NCBI GenBank assembly: GCA_032718475.1
Contig: JAUCBJ010001457.1
Coordinates: forward strand, 62,001 to 126,000
Reading direction: 5' to 3'
Length of the DNA: 64,000 nucleotides
DNA from: Nemertoderma westbladi
Taxonomy: Eukaryota > Animalia > Xenacoelomorpha
A program made the translations under genes and the position numbers. Below, piece after piece: positions 36,701 through 47,847 of the stretch (within the stretch, counting starts at the first letter, position 1; the number at the start of each line of letters is the position of its first letter). Below the pieces are notes generated by a model. That model did not search any database, was not told where the DNA came from, and was given only the letters and a program-made list of their open reading frames with translations.

Positions 36701-39496
36701 AGTAGAGACTACGGCTCCAATAACCATGGAACTCTGGTATTCGTGCGACTTACCTAACCAGTCCAGTTGTCTACAGATCTCTTGAATTTCATCGGAAAAC
36801 TCTATAATCCCACTACTAAGGAAGTGTCGGGGGGCTACTAATTTTGCATACAAATACTTAGCTATGTTATCTTTGTTACCATACCTGATGTTTAATGTAT
36901 CCCAAACTTGTCTTAATCCATCTGGATGTCCAATAAACTTTAACGCCATTAACTTGGGAGGTCCTTCCAAACACTTGATGAGGAATCTAAATTTCTCTCC
37001 GTTGGATAGTACAGAATTCTGTATGCTATCTTTGTAATATTCGTTGAAAGGTAACCATTTCATCTCATCTCCATTGAATTTGACGATCTCTCCCACTTTG
37101 ACCGCTTGGCGGGCTTCTGTTCTAGCCATCTGACGCGTAAAACTTTCTTGGGCCATCGTGTTATTTAATATCGAATTATCGGTATACAAATTTCTCGGAT
37201 CATTATCAGGTCTATAGGGAATATCATTAATAACAGGTCTATAATCACCCTTAATAGGGTTTGTTATAGGAGTTTCAACTTCACTAGCAGTATAGATGCG
37301 TGTAGGCTCCACACCTTGCGCATGTAATACTTCAGACCTAACGGGTTGACACAATGTTACAGGGGGCATTGGTATGCCTTTTTGTATATTGACTAATTTG
37401 TCGCGTTCTAGCGCGATACTTTGCTGCACTTCTTGCAACTCTGCTCTACCTTCCCTCACTGTTCCCTTAAGTTGGTGGACAGTCTCCTGCATCTGTCCTA
37501 GCAGGAGATTCATCCCCCGCCGTCCCTCTTCCACCCACTCAACCGCCGAAGCGGGAGTCGCCAACATAGTAGCGGGCTGACGCGGGACGACGGGAGACAA
37601 ATTATTGATTTCTCTCTCTGCTATCTGGACAGGGGTATTTGCATGGACTGTTCCACCGGGTACAGGCAGTGTAGTACTATGTAAAGGGAATTTAGAGTTA
37701 AGCTCTGGAAGTGTAGGGGTCTCTAGCACAGAAGTGACTTTGGGAACAACAGGCCTAATTATTTCAGGTTCATCGACTATAGTAGGGAGTCTTTTGACCT
37801 GGATAAATTGTTCTATGGGTTCTGCACTACCTAAGTCTGTGCTAGTTAGCTGTCTTTTAACAGCTGGGGGCAAATCAGGCAATTTGCGACGGTAATATGT
37901 TTTTCTACGCCTACTTAGATGAGATCTATTTCCTCCGCCTTCAGGATCGGTAGTATCGCCTTCCTCCGAGGATGTGTATCCCTGGCGCTTGGGAGTAGAT
38001 TTTCTCATCATCTGCATTTGATTAGCAGTAAACTGTTTATTTATACTGTCTTGTGTCTCTTGCAGATTTTCCAACTCCAGTTGGGTAGTCTGCTCAGATG
38101 CTCTCCTTTCTGCTTCTGCCACTGCCTTTGCTGCTTTTCTTTCTGCTTCTGCATCTGCCGCCGCTGCCTTTCTTTCTGCTTCTGCATCTGCCGCAGCCGC
38201 CGCCTTTGCTGCTTTTCTTTCTGCTTCTGCATCTGCCGCCGCTGCCTTTGCTGCTATTCTTTCTGCTTCTACTTCTGCCGCCGCTGCCTTTCTTTCTGCT
38301 TCTGCATCTGCCATAGCCGCCGCCTTTTGTTCCTCTATCCTTCTTTTCTTTATTTGTTCTTCTCGGACTCTAGTGAGACGGAGTTTTTCATCACATTCAG
38401 CTTGGTTTGCAGCTAACATTTCGGCATCGATTGAGTCCAATACAAGCTTGGTTCCTTCACTATTAGGGGAAAGTCCAGACAGCCGTCTCCTCAACTCTTC
38501 GTCTCCTAGGAATCGCTGATAGTCGGACAAATAAATGTCGATAGCGTCTCTAGTTCGCGGTTTCTCGGCGGCCTCTTCGCTTTCCGCTTGAGGAAGGGTG
38601 ACATCAGTTGGTTCTTCATAAGTTGATCTCTCAGCCAGCTGGGATTTCCACTGGGCCGTTTCCTGTACTTTGAGATCTACCCGATGTAGCCAAGTTTTGA
38701 CAGCCACCTGCAGCGACGTGTCCTGTCTTCTTTTGGAAGTTTCCTCAAAGGCTGAGAGGATTAGTCGTATGCGTAGGGTTCTTTCGCGTATTTGATATAG
38801 CAGTTCTTCCTGCTCTTGAGGTCCGTGAGGTTGTCGAAACAGTTGTCCTTCCAATCGATCCAAGGATCCGAAGAATCCCTGCACATATCCTGCTGCCGAC
38901 CTCTTCCAAATAGCTGGATCCATTGTATCTTTAGCCACTCCCATCCTGTGTATATCTTCCCAAGTAGCCTCGGACAGATCCAACGGAAGTCCGAGTCCGG
39001 GAAAGTTCCATTGTGATTCAACAATAGATATCAATTCTTCCCTGGCGTATCCCGCGTAATTATCTTGGGTCGCTCGCTTATTCTTCGCCCAGTCGGCTTG
39101 ATGTTCCTCCACCGCAATGAATATAGTAGTTAGCACTGCAGCAGGAAGAGTAAGAAGGGGGTCCGAGTAGACTGTATCAGCCATCTGCACTCCATGTTCG
39201 GGAGTCAACTCTACAGTATCCGAACTGCTGGAGCTATCGGGTCGCTGGGAAGTAGGTTCTTGACCAAGATGTTGCTGCGATAGGACAACTGCCTCTTGGT
39301 CCCGTTTTACCTGTGCCCGAGTGCCTATGATGGACCTATGGTGGACTAGCCTAGGGTCTGATACTACTGGAGGGATGACCTTTTTTACAGTAGGAGGTGA
39401 GCCGAACTCCTTTCTTATTCGCTCCACACTCCTATCTGAATCACAGATAGTTGTATCGATCAGACTGTCCGACAGGTTTTGCTGAGTGTCAGACAT
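31505..39496 (-). CDS. BEL/Pao Gag-PR-RT-(partial RNase H) ORF reading through into ~740 codons of satellite C
   Basis: Gag, three knuckles, ALLDSGS, RVVFDGS, SLNSELLPGPNL, SDIEGMFLQV, YMDD, TKRICLSILSTYFDPLGFISPV. Retroelement sequence ends at 33733 (..ISRSYFG) and the frame continues as (IPLDSARSWALYKV)n. Confidence 0.85.
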   Translation of the reverse strand: MSDTQQNLSDSLIDTTICDSDRSVERIRKEFGSPPTVKKVIPPVVSDPRLVHHRSIIGTRAQVKRDQEAVVLSQQHLGQEPTSQRPDSSSSSDTVELTPEHGVQMADTVYSDPLLTLPAAVLTTIFIAVEEHQADWAKNKRATQDNYAGYAREELISIVESQWNFPGLGLPLDLSEATWEDIHRMGVAKDTMDPAIWKRSAAGYVQGFFGSLDRLEGQLFRQPHGPQEQEELLYQIRERTLRIRLILSAFEETSKRRQDTSLQVAVKTWLHRVDLKVQETAQWKSQLAERSTYEEPTDVTLPQAESEEAAEKPRTRDAIDIYLSDYQRFLGDEELRRRLSGLSPNSEGTKLVLDSIDAEMLAANQAECDEKLRLTRVREEQIKKRRIEEQKAAAMADAEAERKAAAAEVEAERIAAKAAAADAEAERKAAKAAAAADAEAERKAAAADAEAERKAAKAVAEAERRASEQTTQLELENLQETQDSINKQFTANQMQMMRKSTPKRQGYTSSEEGDTTDPEGGGNRSHLSRRRKTYYRRKLPDLPPAVKRQLTSTDLGSAEPIEQFIQVKRLPTIVDEPEIIRPVVPKVTSVLETPTLPELNSKFPLHSTTLPVPGGTVHANTPVQIAEREINNLSPVVPRQPATMLATPASAVEWVEEGRRGMNLLLGQMQETVHQLKGTVREGRAELQEVQQSIALERDKLVNIQKGIPMPPVTLCQPVRSEVLHAQGVEPTRIYTASEVETPITNPIKGDYRPVINDIPYRPDNDPRNLYTDNSILNNTMAQESFTRQMARTEARQAVKVGEIVKFNGDEMKWLPFNEYYKDSIQNSVLSNGEKFRFLIKCLEGPPKLMALKFIGHPDGLRQVWDTLNIRYGNKDNIAKYLYAKLVAPRHFLSSGIIEFSDEIQEICRQLDWLGKSHEYQSSMVIGAVVSTLPKGGVCTRWDKKVLYMNEQQRRSPTMADLMSFLDGEVKLQLIKQSREKTSENKVSEKPTSRRRVTPVCYTDDGESQASQEEDSGKDTDRSYYVDKTSKDVSKYKARTNNRREQVTKTPPQSPNRMRGRKPEERTRVHQTTQGKVSNIKPNCALCDRTHRLSACAEFLKKSLVDRRTVVWDKRLCYNCLRPGHQRRTCYSDIKCEKCGAKHHILLHSEFERDKPSQVSESELHVQFSDVNDTDQESEMEGFYTDEFSDANESCYLINTTVYRALTYEKDINEEFPPTTFAKQLSWKAPTSNVGIREFPVVQVRVHGINKSYIVNALLDSGSTGTFIDQELAEDIFAGQPKFRTKLNMSGIMQVWKSTLTVDYYVGVLSTPQDKLGTQGVRSVKMVAIKNFATTQADLYNWDEDESVQHLKIPRFRTDYPGVQILIGQNAHEALETLEKRPAQPQPLQTYAVRTRVGWYFTGPSRRTLEERMPHEQIYQVSDWEEESSEVDELTEGTPYSSDNDDIYQLYEEENTFDLLTENQTWKNQTNLCQLIRPTESIIYNDELNDEVERYNARTRDELAVRFFTQELVEPNSYDKALSIEEERAKQIQETTTRFLKDQGRYEIGLPFRKREPRFINNRPLAEKRINQLHRRLTANASAKEMYQTQLKKFITKGYAERVPEGTPITERTYYLTHHYVPKPGKPHEVRVVFDGSALYMGQSLNSELLPGPNLLQSLLGILLRLRQYSIAFASDIEGMFLQVKALDRDRDSLRFLWWPEGDLNQTPVEYWMTIQAFGIISSPSNACSVVRTTADDNRNAFSKEVIDNIKRDIYMDDNLKSLPSVKEAIDVAKGTVECLKRGGFRLTKFTSNSREFLEAISVEDRGSKDLDLIHDDLPETKTLGLKWDTERDILFFQLKQRDNPVRTKRICLSILSTYFDPLGFISPVILIARSLVQQMWLENHSWDDPLKGELLKKWMKWEDSLPAIENFIISRSYFGILIPLDSARSWTLYKVIPLDSTRSWALYKVIPLDSTRSWALYKVIPLDSARSWALYKVIPLDSARSWALYKVIPLDSAWSWALYKVIPLDSAWSWALYKVIPLDSAWSWTLYKVIPLDSTRSWTLYKVIQLDSARSWALYKVIPLDSARSWTLYKVIPFDSARSWALYKVIPLDSTRSWTLYKVIQLDSARSWALYKVIPLDSARSWTLYKVIPFDSARSWALYKVIPLDSTRSWTLYKVIQLDSARSWALYKVIPLDSARSWTLYKVIPFDSARSWALYKVIPLDSARSWALYKVIPLDSAWSWTLYKVIPLDSARSWALYKVIPLDSARSWALYKVIPLDSARSWTLYKVIPLDSARSWALYKVIPLDSARSWALYKVIPLDSARSWALYKVIPLDSAWSWTLYKVIPLDSAWSWALYKVIPLDSAWSWALYKVIPLDSARSWTLYKVIPLDSARSWTLYKVIPLDSARSWALYKVIPLDSARSWALYKVIPLDSAWSWTLYKVIPLDSAWSWALYKVIPLDSAWSWALYKVIPLDSVWSWALYKVIPLDSARSWALYKVIPLDSAWSWTLYKVIPFDSARSWALYKVIPLDSAWSWALYKVIPLDSAWSWALYKVIPLDSARSWALYKVIPLDSARSWTLYKVIPLDSARSWALYKVTPLDSARSWALYKLIPLDSARSWTLYKVIPLDSARSWTLYKVIPLDSARSWTLYKVIPLDSAWSWALYKVIPLDSGSVVLGSV

Positions 39497-42400
39497 GTTT
39501 AGTTATACAGTTGAAGGCTTACTGCTATAGTTACAGTTAAAGCAAGTCTAGTAATTCAGTATAACCACTGGCCTAGTACCGGTAATTTATTGCAGTATAT
39601 TAGAATACCGGTATGCACTTATAATATATATAAGTATTGTGAACTAGGTTTGTCACAGAGTACCGGTATATAAATTTAGCACAGATATATATAAATATAT
39701 AATAGGCCTATAGTGAATACCGGTATACAGCTTACACTTATAGTATATAAGTATAATTATGAACTAGAATTAATTACAGAGTACCGGTATGATTTCAGCT
39801 CAAATTTATAGAAATAAATATAATAAGCCTATAGTAAGCACCGGTATGTCAATTGTTTTTAGAATAATTGAATTCCTGAATATTTTAGGGTTACTTAGTT
39901 ACTTTAACTTACTTTATTACCGTTATTTAAGCAGTAGTCCAACTGATAGCGAGACCTAGTTGTTGTATGGCAGGCCTACTATTTATAAATCGTTTGATTT
40001 GATTTATAATATTTATATACCCGTTTATATGGGTTTTTGTCAATATTTGAAATAAATGTTATTATTTCTGGGGGAGTCACTACACAGAAGCTGAACGCCT
40101 CTCAGTGAAGTGCTATTTATTTGACACTAAAACTGATAATTCTAATTTACCTAAGTTACTTAATACTACAAATTACTTACGATACGGGTGAGATTAATTC
40201 TCTAATTAAACACAACAAAATATTACGTACGAAATTTTTAGGGTAATTTTACAGGAAGTCTACAAACCAGTCCAACAAAGGGTTAGATTTCTGGTTATTA
40301 CAAAGGACAGGGTACTACGGTATTTAAATAATAAGTAGTAGTAAATATATTGTACTGTCCAGATAGGAAAATACCACCGCCTGACGACCTATAACCGTAT
40401 CGCTATAGGTACTACGTTATGTATCACGGATTGTTCCTACCCAGAAGCTAATAGAGCTAACGAATGTGCCTATCAACCACTTTACAACACAAATATACTG
40501 CCTACACTAATTACTTCGGAAAGCACTGTACACTAAACCCTAAATTAGGTACAAGTACCGGTATAACAAATAATCAGTAGTTAAATATACTTGAACAGTT
40601 AAAAGAACCACGGCATCTGCTGGAGTGACCGAAGCACAAAATCTCCAGTCTTTACCTACGCCGAGCAGCCCTGATGTAGTACCGGGGTTAGTTTAACTAT
40701 AACGGTATGTATAACAAGCACAATTACTGTAGGAATAAACTTGGGGACATGAATGTTGCGAATAATCGCATAAACTCTGAATAATAAATATTACGCTACC
40801 CGTACAGAATACTCAAACAAAATACAAACCAAACGCTGGCAAACTACTATCAAGCCTAAACAAACTACAGTATGTGCAGATTCTGAAACTGTTAGTTAGT
40901 ATGCGTTCTAACACGGTAGTACGACTTACTCTTTAAGAGGGGATTGACCTTACAGCTTATGGCTGCCCCAACTTACTAACGGCACTTTATCAGACCAACT
41001 CTACACACGCAGCAATCCCTTCAGACCTAAAAATAGCTAGACAACAATCCAGCCTACAAATATTTGAGTAATAACTATTACGGTACCTGAACAGACCACA
41101 CAAACAAACACAGGCTAAAACACTGGCAGACTACGATCAAGCCTAAATAAACTACAGTATATGCAGACTCTGAAACTGTTAGTTAGTATGCATTCTAACA
41201 CGGTAGTACGACTTATTCTTTAAGAGGGGATTGACCTTACCGCATATGGCTGCCCCAACTTACTAACGGCACTTTATCAGACAAACTCTACACACGCCGT
41301 AATCTCTCCAAACTCAACAACAGTCAGACAGCAGCTCAGCCTACAATTATCTGAACAATCTGAGCAGGGTCACACGCCTTCTGCTCAATATTAGCCTACT
41401 AGGAAATAAAACCGACAGAAATAGGTAAAATCTCAATAAAAATTCAGGGCTGCAGTCCCTGATTAAGTACTAAGACCTACCAGTATACAATAATCAAAAT
41501 CGAATAATACTAAATGTACTTGTACAGCAGTACCGGTACCGGTGATGACAGTTAGGCCTACTGACCTACAGAAGCACCGGTTCAGTTTTACCAGTCACTA
41601 CGGTATTTTGCAACCTTATTGCCTACTGCAATAAGATTATAAACTGTTACTGTTCGCGCTTTTGAAGACCTTTAGCAGTTTAACCTGCCAAAATTTATAT
41701 GTCTTTTCGTTAATTAAAACACCTTTAGCATACGACAACAATTTATGCTAATACACAAAACATTACCCGAAGTCAGCCCATGCGCGATCATTCACCCGAT
41801 GGATCTACACCCGGGAGGCTGAATTCGGCTGCTTAAATTGTATTATTGCAGTGTAAGGTTGCAGTGTAAACTTACTGTATTATTCGATAGATCGTTAATA
41901 ATTAATTTCTGACAGATATTATTGGCTTTCGGGAAATATTAACAGTTCCTTTAGGACGTGGCGCTCTATCTATTTAAACAGAACTAGGACTTATACTAAA
42001 CGCAACGATACTGCTTATGATTAAAGTATAAAGCGTATTCTTTAGGAAATACTTTGTTACCAATCACAATCATACACACTATTCTGCCGACCGTCAGTAT
42101 ATTTGATCACACATAAAGAGAGCAGTAATTGACTCACGTAGGGTCTGCTAAATAACATTGGATTCAATACACACCACATTAATATAAATCGCAATTGTTA
42201 TGTATAGCCGGTCTCTCTAACCTGTAGTGTATCAAGAAAATTGGGAATTTGGGTGATTTATCCGTATTATCCAAAGAGCAATATTTCCATCAACAAATAG
42301 GTACAATTAATAACTGACGGTAAAATAACAGTACAAACAATATGATTAATGCAGTTAAATTAAGTGAGTATGTTAATTAGTTTCGGTAACAGTTTATACT

Positions 42401-42841
42401 TTCGATAATTCAAGCAGTTTTACTAGAGTTCTTCCCAAAAAGCCGGTGTTATGGCGAAAATGGGAACACAACAACAGAATCATATAAAATCATATGACTA
42501 CTACCACTATACGAGTATACCAAAAACTCTTATTCCACGAAGCCCTGTTCAACACAGAGGATGAGCATAGAGATAGGAAATTCAGTTCAGTAGCGCTGGG
42601 ATAGGTCGAAATCAACGCCTACGCAAATTCTATTGGCCGACACGAACAGCAAGGCTAAGGCAACCTCTCTAAGCTAGTTGGCCGATTAAACTGAGCCCAG
42701 ATATCTCCGTACAGCACATCAGCCAATAAGCTGGTAGCTTGCACTATTTTAGTTATAAATCCCTTTGAGAGTATTCTAGCGACTGGGGGGGAACTGGCCA
42801 GCAAAGGCAAACGTATCAGTTATCCCACAAAAGCTTTTACA
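33733..42841 (-). mobile_element. BEL/Pao LTR retrotransposon, copy 2, 3'-truncated, embedded in satellite C
   Basis: LTR begins TGT at 42841, directly abutting ccagg of the satellite. Rest of RNase H, integrase and 3' LTR are absent. Confidence 0.95.
42447..42841 (-). repeat. Putative 5' LTR of BEL copy 2
   Basis: TGT...ACA termini on the minus strand; outer ~85 bp similar to the copy 1 LTR. Confidence 0.75.
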
Positions 42842-45742
42842 CCAGGACCACGCTGAATCCAACGGTATTACTTTATACAGAGCCCAGGACCGCGCTGAAT
42901 CCAACGGTATTACTTTATACAGAGCCCAGGACCGCGCTGAATCCAACGGTATTACTTTATACAGAGTCCAGGACCGCGCTGAATCCAACGGTATTACTTT
43001 ATACAGAGCCCAGGACCGCGCTGAATCCAACGGTATTACTTTATACAGAGCCCAGGACCGCGCTGAATCCAACGGTATTACTTTATACAGAGCCCAGGAC
43101 CACGCTGAATCCAACGGTATTACTTTATACAGAGTCCAGGACCGCGCTGAATCCAACGGTATTACTTTATACAGAGCCCAGGACCGCGCTGAATCCAACG
43201 GTATTACTTTATACAGAGCCCAGGACCGCGCTGAATCCAACGGTATTACTTTATACAGAGTCCAGGACCGCGTTGAATCCAACGGTATTACTTTATACAG
43301 AGTCCAGGACCGCGCTGAATCCAATGGTATTACTTTATACAGAGCCCAGGACCGCGCTGAATCCAACGGTATTACTTTATACAGAGCCCAGGACCGCGCT
43401 GAATCCAACGGTATTACTTTATACAGAGTCCAGGACCGCGTTGAATCCAACGGTATTACTTTACAGAGTCCAGGACCGCGCTGAATCCAACGGTATTACT
43501 TTATACAGAGCCCAGGACCGCGCTGAATCCAACGGTATTACTTTATACAGAGCCCAGGACCACGCTGAATCCAACGGTATTACTTTATACAGAGCCCAGG
43601 ACCACGCTGAATCCAACGGTATTACTTTATACAGAGCCCAGGACTGCGTTGAATCCAACGGTATTACTTTATACAGAGCCCAGGACCGTGCTGAATCCAA
43701 CGGTATTACTTTATACAGAGCCCAGGACCGCGCTGAATCCAACGGTATTACTTTATACAGAGCCCAGGACCGCGCTGAATCCAACGGTATTACTTTATAC
43801 AGAGCCCAGGACCGCGCTGAATCTAACGGTATTACTTTATACAGAGCCCAGGACCGCGCTGAATCCAACGGTATTACTTTATACAGAGCCCAGGACCGCG
43901 CTGAATCTAACGGTATTACTTTATACAGAGCCCAGGACCGCGCTGAATCTAACGGTATTACTTTATACAGAGCCCAGGACCGCGCTGAATCTAACGGTAT
44001 TACTTTATACAGAGCCCAGGACCGCGCTGAATCCAACGGTATTACTTTATACAGAGCCCAGGACCGCGCTGAATCCAACGGTATTACTTTATACAGAGTC
44101 CAGGACCGCGCTGAATCCAACGGTATTACTTTATACAGAGTCGAGGACCGCGCTGAATCTAACGGTATTACTTTATACAGAGCCCAGGACCGCGCTGAAT
44201 CCAACGGTATTACTTTATACAGAGCGCAGGACCGCGCTGAATCCAACGGTATTACTTTATACAGAGCCCAGGACCGCGCTGAATCTAACGGTATTACTTT
44301 ATACAGAGCCCAGGACCGCGCTGAATCCAACGGTATTACTTTATACAGAGCCCAGGACCGCGCTGAATCTAACGGTATTACTTTATACAGAGCCCAGGAC
44401 CGCGCTGAATCTAACGGTATTACTTTATACAGAGCCCAGGACCGCGCTGAATCTAACGGTATTACTTTATACAGAGCCCAGGACCGCGCTGAATCCAACG
44501 GTATTACTTTATACAGAGCCCAGGACCGCGCTGAATCCAACGGTATTACTTTATACAGAGTCCAGGACCGCGCTGAATCCAACGGTATTACTTTATACAG
44601 AGTCCAGGACCGCGCTGAATCCAACGGTATTACTTTATACAGAGTCGAGGACCGCGCTGAATCTAACGGTATTACTTTATACAGAGCCCAGGACCGCGCT
44701 GAATCCAACGGTATTACTTTATACAGAGCCCAGGACCGCGCTGAATCCAACGGTATTACTTTATACAGAGCCCAGGACCGCGCTGAATCCAACGGTATTA
44801 CTTTATACAGAGTCCAGGACCGCGCTGAATCCAACGGTATTACTTTATACAGAGTCGAGGACCGCGCTGAATCTAACGGTATTACTTTATACAGAGCCCA
44901 GGACCGCGCTGAATCCAACGGTATTACTTTATACAGAGCCCAGGACCGCGCTGAATCCAACGGTATTACTTTATACAGAGTCCAGGACCGCGCTGAATCC
45001 AACGGTATTACTTTATACAGAGTCGAGGACCGCGCTGAATCTAACGGTATTACTTTATACAGAGCCCAGGACCGCGCTGAATCCAACGGTATTACTTTAT
45101 ACAGAGCGCAGGACCGCGCTGAATCTAACGGTATTACTTTATACAGAGCCCAGGACCGCGCTGAATCCAACGGTATTACTTTATACAGAGCCCAAGACCG
45201 CGCTGAATCCAACGGTATTACTTTATACAGAGCCCAGGACCGCGCTGAATCCAACGGTATTACTTTATACAGAGTCCAAGACCGCGCTGAATCCAACGGT
45301 ATTACTTTATACAGAGTCCAGGACCACGCTGAATCCAACGGTATTACTTTATACAGAGCCCAGGACCGCGCTGAATCTAACGGTATTACTTTATACAGAG
45401 CCCAGGACCACGCTGAATCCAACGGTATTACTTTATACAGAGCCCAAGACCGCGCTGAATCCAACGGTATTACTTTATACAGAGCCCAGGACCGCGCTGA
45501 ATCTAACGGTATTACTTTATACAGAGCCCAGGACCACGCTGAATCCAACGGTATTACTTTATACAGAGCCCAAGACCACGCTGAATCCAACGGTATTACT
45601 TTATACAGAGCCCAGGACCGCGCTGAATCCAACGGTATTACTTTATACAAAGCCCAGGACCGCGCTGAATCCAACGGTATTACTTTATACAGAGCCCAGG
45701 ACCGCGCTAAATATAACTGTATTACTTTATACAGAGCCCAGG
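42842..45742. repeat. Satellite C, 42-bp unit, right block (~69 units)
   Basis: Same unit and orientation as 19319-33732. Confidence 0.99.
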
Positions 45743-45869
45743 TTTGAACATGGGACATAATCACTTTCGACTCATGAGTCGTAACAAACGACTTATGACA
45801 TACCAGAGGAAACGCTCCCATTGAAACCAATGTGTTCCATAATTTATTACCTAGCAACTCATATTGCAC

Positions 45870-47450
45870 ACTACAGAAATGCAAGGTAATGCATATTGGT
45901 CGCTCTAACCCCAGGTACACTTACACCCTCGGGTCACACACACTGGAGACAACCGAAACAGAGAAAGACTTGGGTGTGAACTTAGATGATTCTCTCCAGT
46001 TCTCATTGCACATAGCCACTATCGTGAAGAAGGCAAATAAGGTTCTGGGGCTAGTATATAGAAGCTTTAATCACCTCAATGAAGACATGTTCATTAGTCT
46101 CTAAGTCACTTGTCCGTCCTTGTGTGGAATACGCATCTCCAGTTTGGTCACCCAGCCATGTAGGAGAAAGCCGCCTACTTGAGTCTGTCCAACGTCGGGC
46201 TACCCGTTTGGTAGCGGGCCATCGTGACCTTCCATATCCGGAGCGACTGCGTCGCTTGGGACTACCTACTCTGGAATACCGACGTTCTCGCGCGGACCTT
46301 ATTCAATTATATCGCATGCTAACGGGTGTTGATGCTGTCGATTGGCAGAGTTCCTTCTCCTTATCGTCAACTGTCTGTCGCGGTAACTCTTTAAAACTCA
46401 CCAAACCGACCGTCCGTCTGAAAATCCGGGCCGATTCGTTCCACTTCCGAGTCATATCTCCCTGGAATGCTCTTCCTGATGTGGTTGTTACTTCCCCAAG
46501 TGTGAATATATTCAAATCGAACTTAAATGACCATTACAACTCTGCTACTAAGTTCTACCCATCCTGGTGGAATTAATCTAATCTAATCCACTTGTTCACA
46601 TAATCTATCTAACTCATAATTACTGTAAATCTTATTTAGCCGTATATTTTATTAATCTTATTTTAACTTCAGTTTTTTTTTTTTACCGCTATTTTTTTTA
46701 TTGAATTTCTACCGTTTTACTTTACTACTTATTTTATTTAATTTTCCCATTTGTTAAAAATTGTATATCGTATTTCCCCAGTTGCCCTATTTTTACTCAC
46801 ATGCTATGCAATCTGTTATGCATTAATCTTTTATCTTCATGAATTTGTACCGTTTTACTATTGTACTGTATCGTATCTGTTTTATTTAATTATCCATTCT
46901 CAGTTGTTTTTATTACCTTTTTTTTAATGAATTTGTACTGTTTTACTTTACTTTTGTAGGCCTACCTATTTTATTTTATTTTATTTTCCAGTAGTTATAC
47001 AATGTATGTATATCGATCGTATTGTTATGCTGTCACACATTCCGGAATCACAGTTCCCAGTTGTTCTATTTTACTCACATGTTGTGCAATCCCACTTTAA
47101 TTATTTATCTACCACTGCGTTGTACATTATATAGCCAATAATCTTATTCTGTTTACACCGTATAGATTACTTTTATGCCATTAATTTTTATCTATTTTTA
47201 TCTAGATAGTCCACGTGATATATAAACTTTTATTTACGTTGCGCCATTTTATTGTACTATGGAGACATGCCGTAAATGCTAAATGTATGTTGCATTCTAC
47301 CTTATTGTGTTGTTTAAATGTTTGAGTAATTCTTATATTTTTAAAGTTTAATTTCCGCTTACATATCGTGATTTATGGGACCCTATAAGTTCTCAACTTT
47401 CTTGTTCCTGTAACTTTTAATAATAATTAATAATAATAATAATAATAATA
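45870..47450 (+). mobile_element. 5'-truncated CR1-type LINE (ORF2 C-terminus, 3' UTR, (TAA)n tail)
   Basis: KCKVMHIG..EKDLGV..KKANKVLGLVYRSF..KSLVRPCVEYASPVWSP..LESVQRRATRLV..YPERLRRLGLPTLEYRR..WNALP; frameshift near 46100; stop at 46576; (TAA)n at 47418-47450. Confidence 0.9.
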
Positions 47451-47847
47451 TTCTTTACTTAATTTGTAGGTCTAGATAGTAGGCCTAAAGCTGGAATAGA
47501 AACAAATTAAATTCAAATTGCCCGCGGGAGCCATTCAGCAATTACATCTGAACTCTTACTCCCCATTAACCCGCTCGTGTGGGGTGGTCTCTCCTCTTTT
47601 GAACCTTTTTATCAACAATTTTATGGGACTTTGAGAACCTAGTGTTATAATATTATGTGATGGCTAGTCTGTTTCTCTATCTAACTTTTCTATCTAACTT
47701 TCTATACCGGTAGGCGGTAGGCCCTATGCTTATTTGCTGATTTATGATAACTGATAAGTTAATCATTATTTTTAATTCAAATTTAACAAACGTTAATCTT
47801 ACCGCAGTACCGGTAACTGGGTAGTGGGTAATTCTGCAGTAATTACA

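Noticed and set aside
45820-45875. Short matches (tgttccataat, ctcatattgcac) to minisatellite A
   Set aside because: Only 11-16 bp, AT-rich and in opposite orientations; cannot be distinguished from chance without a computed test.
19300-45920. Giant ORFs (up to 2101 aa) on both strands of satellite C
   Set aside because: The unit is 42 bp (14 codons), so about half of the frames are open by chance. Frameshifting indels and stop-creating variants occur freely, and most starts are non-ATG.
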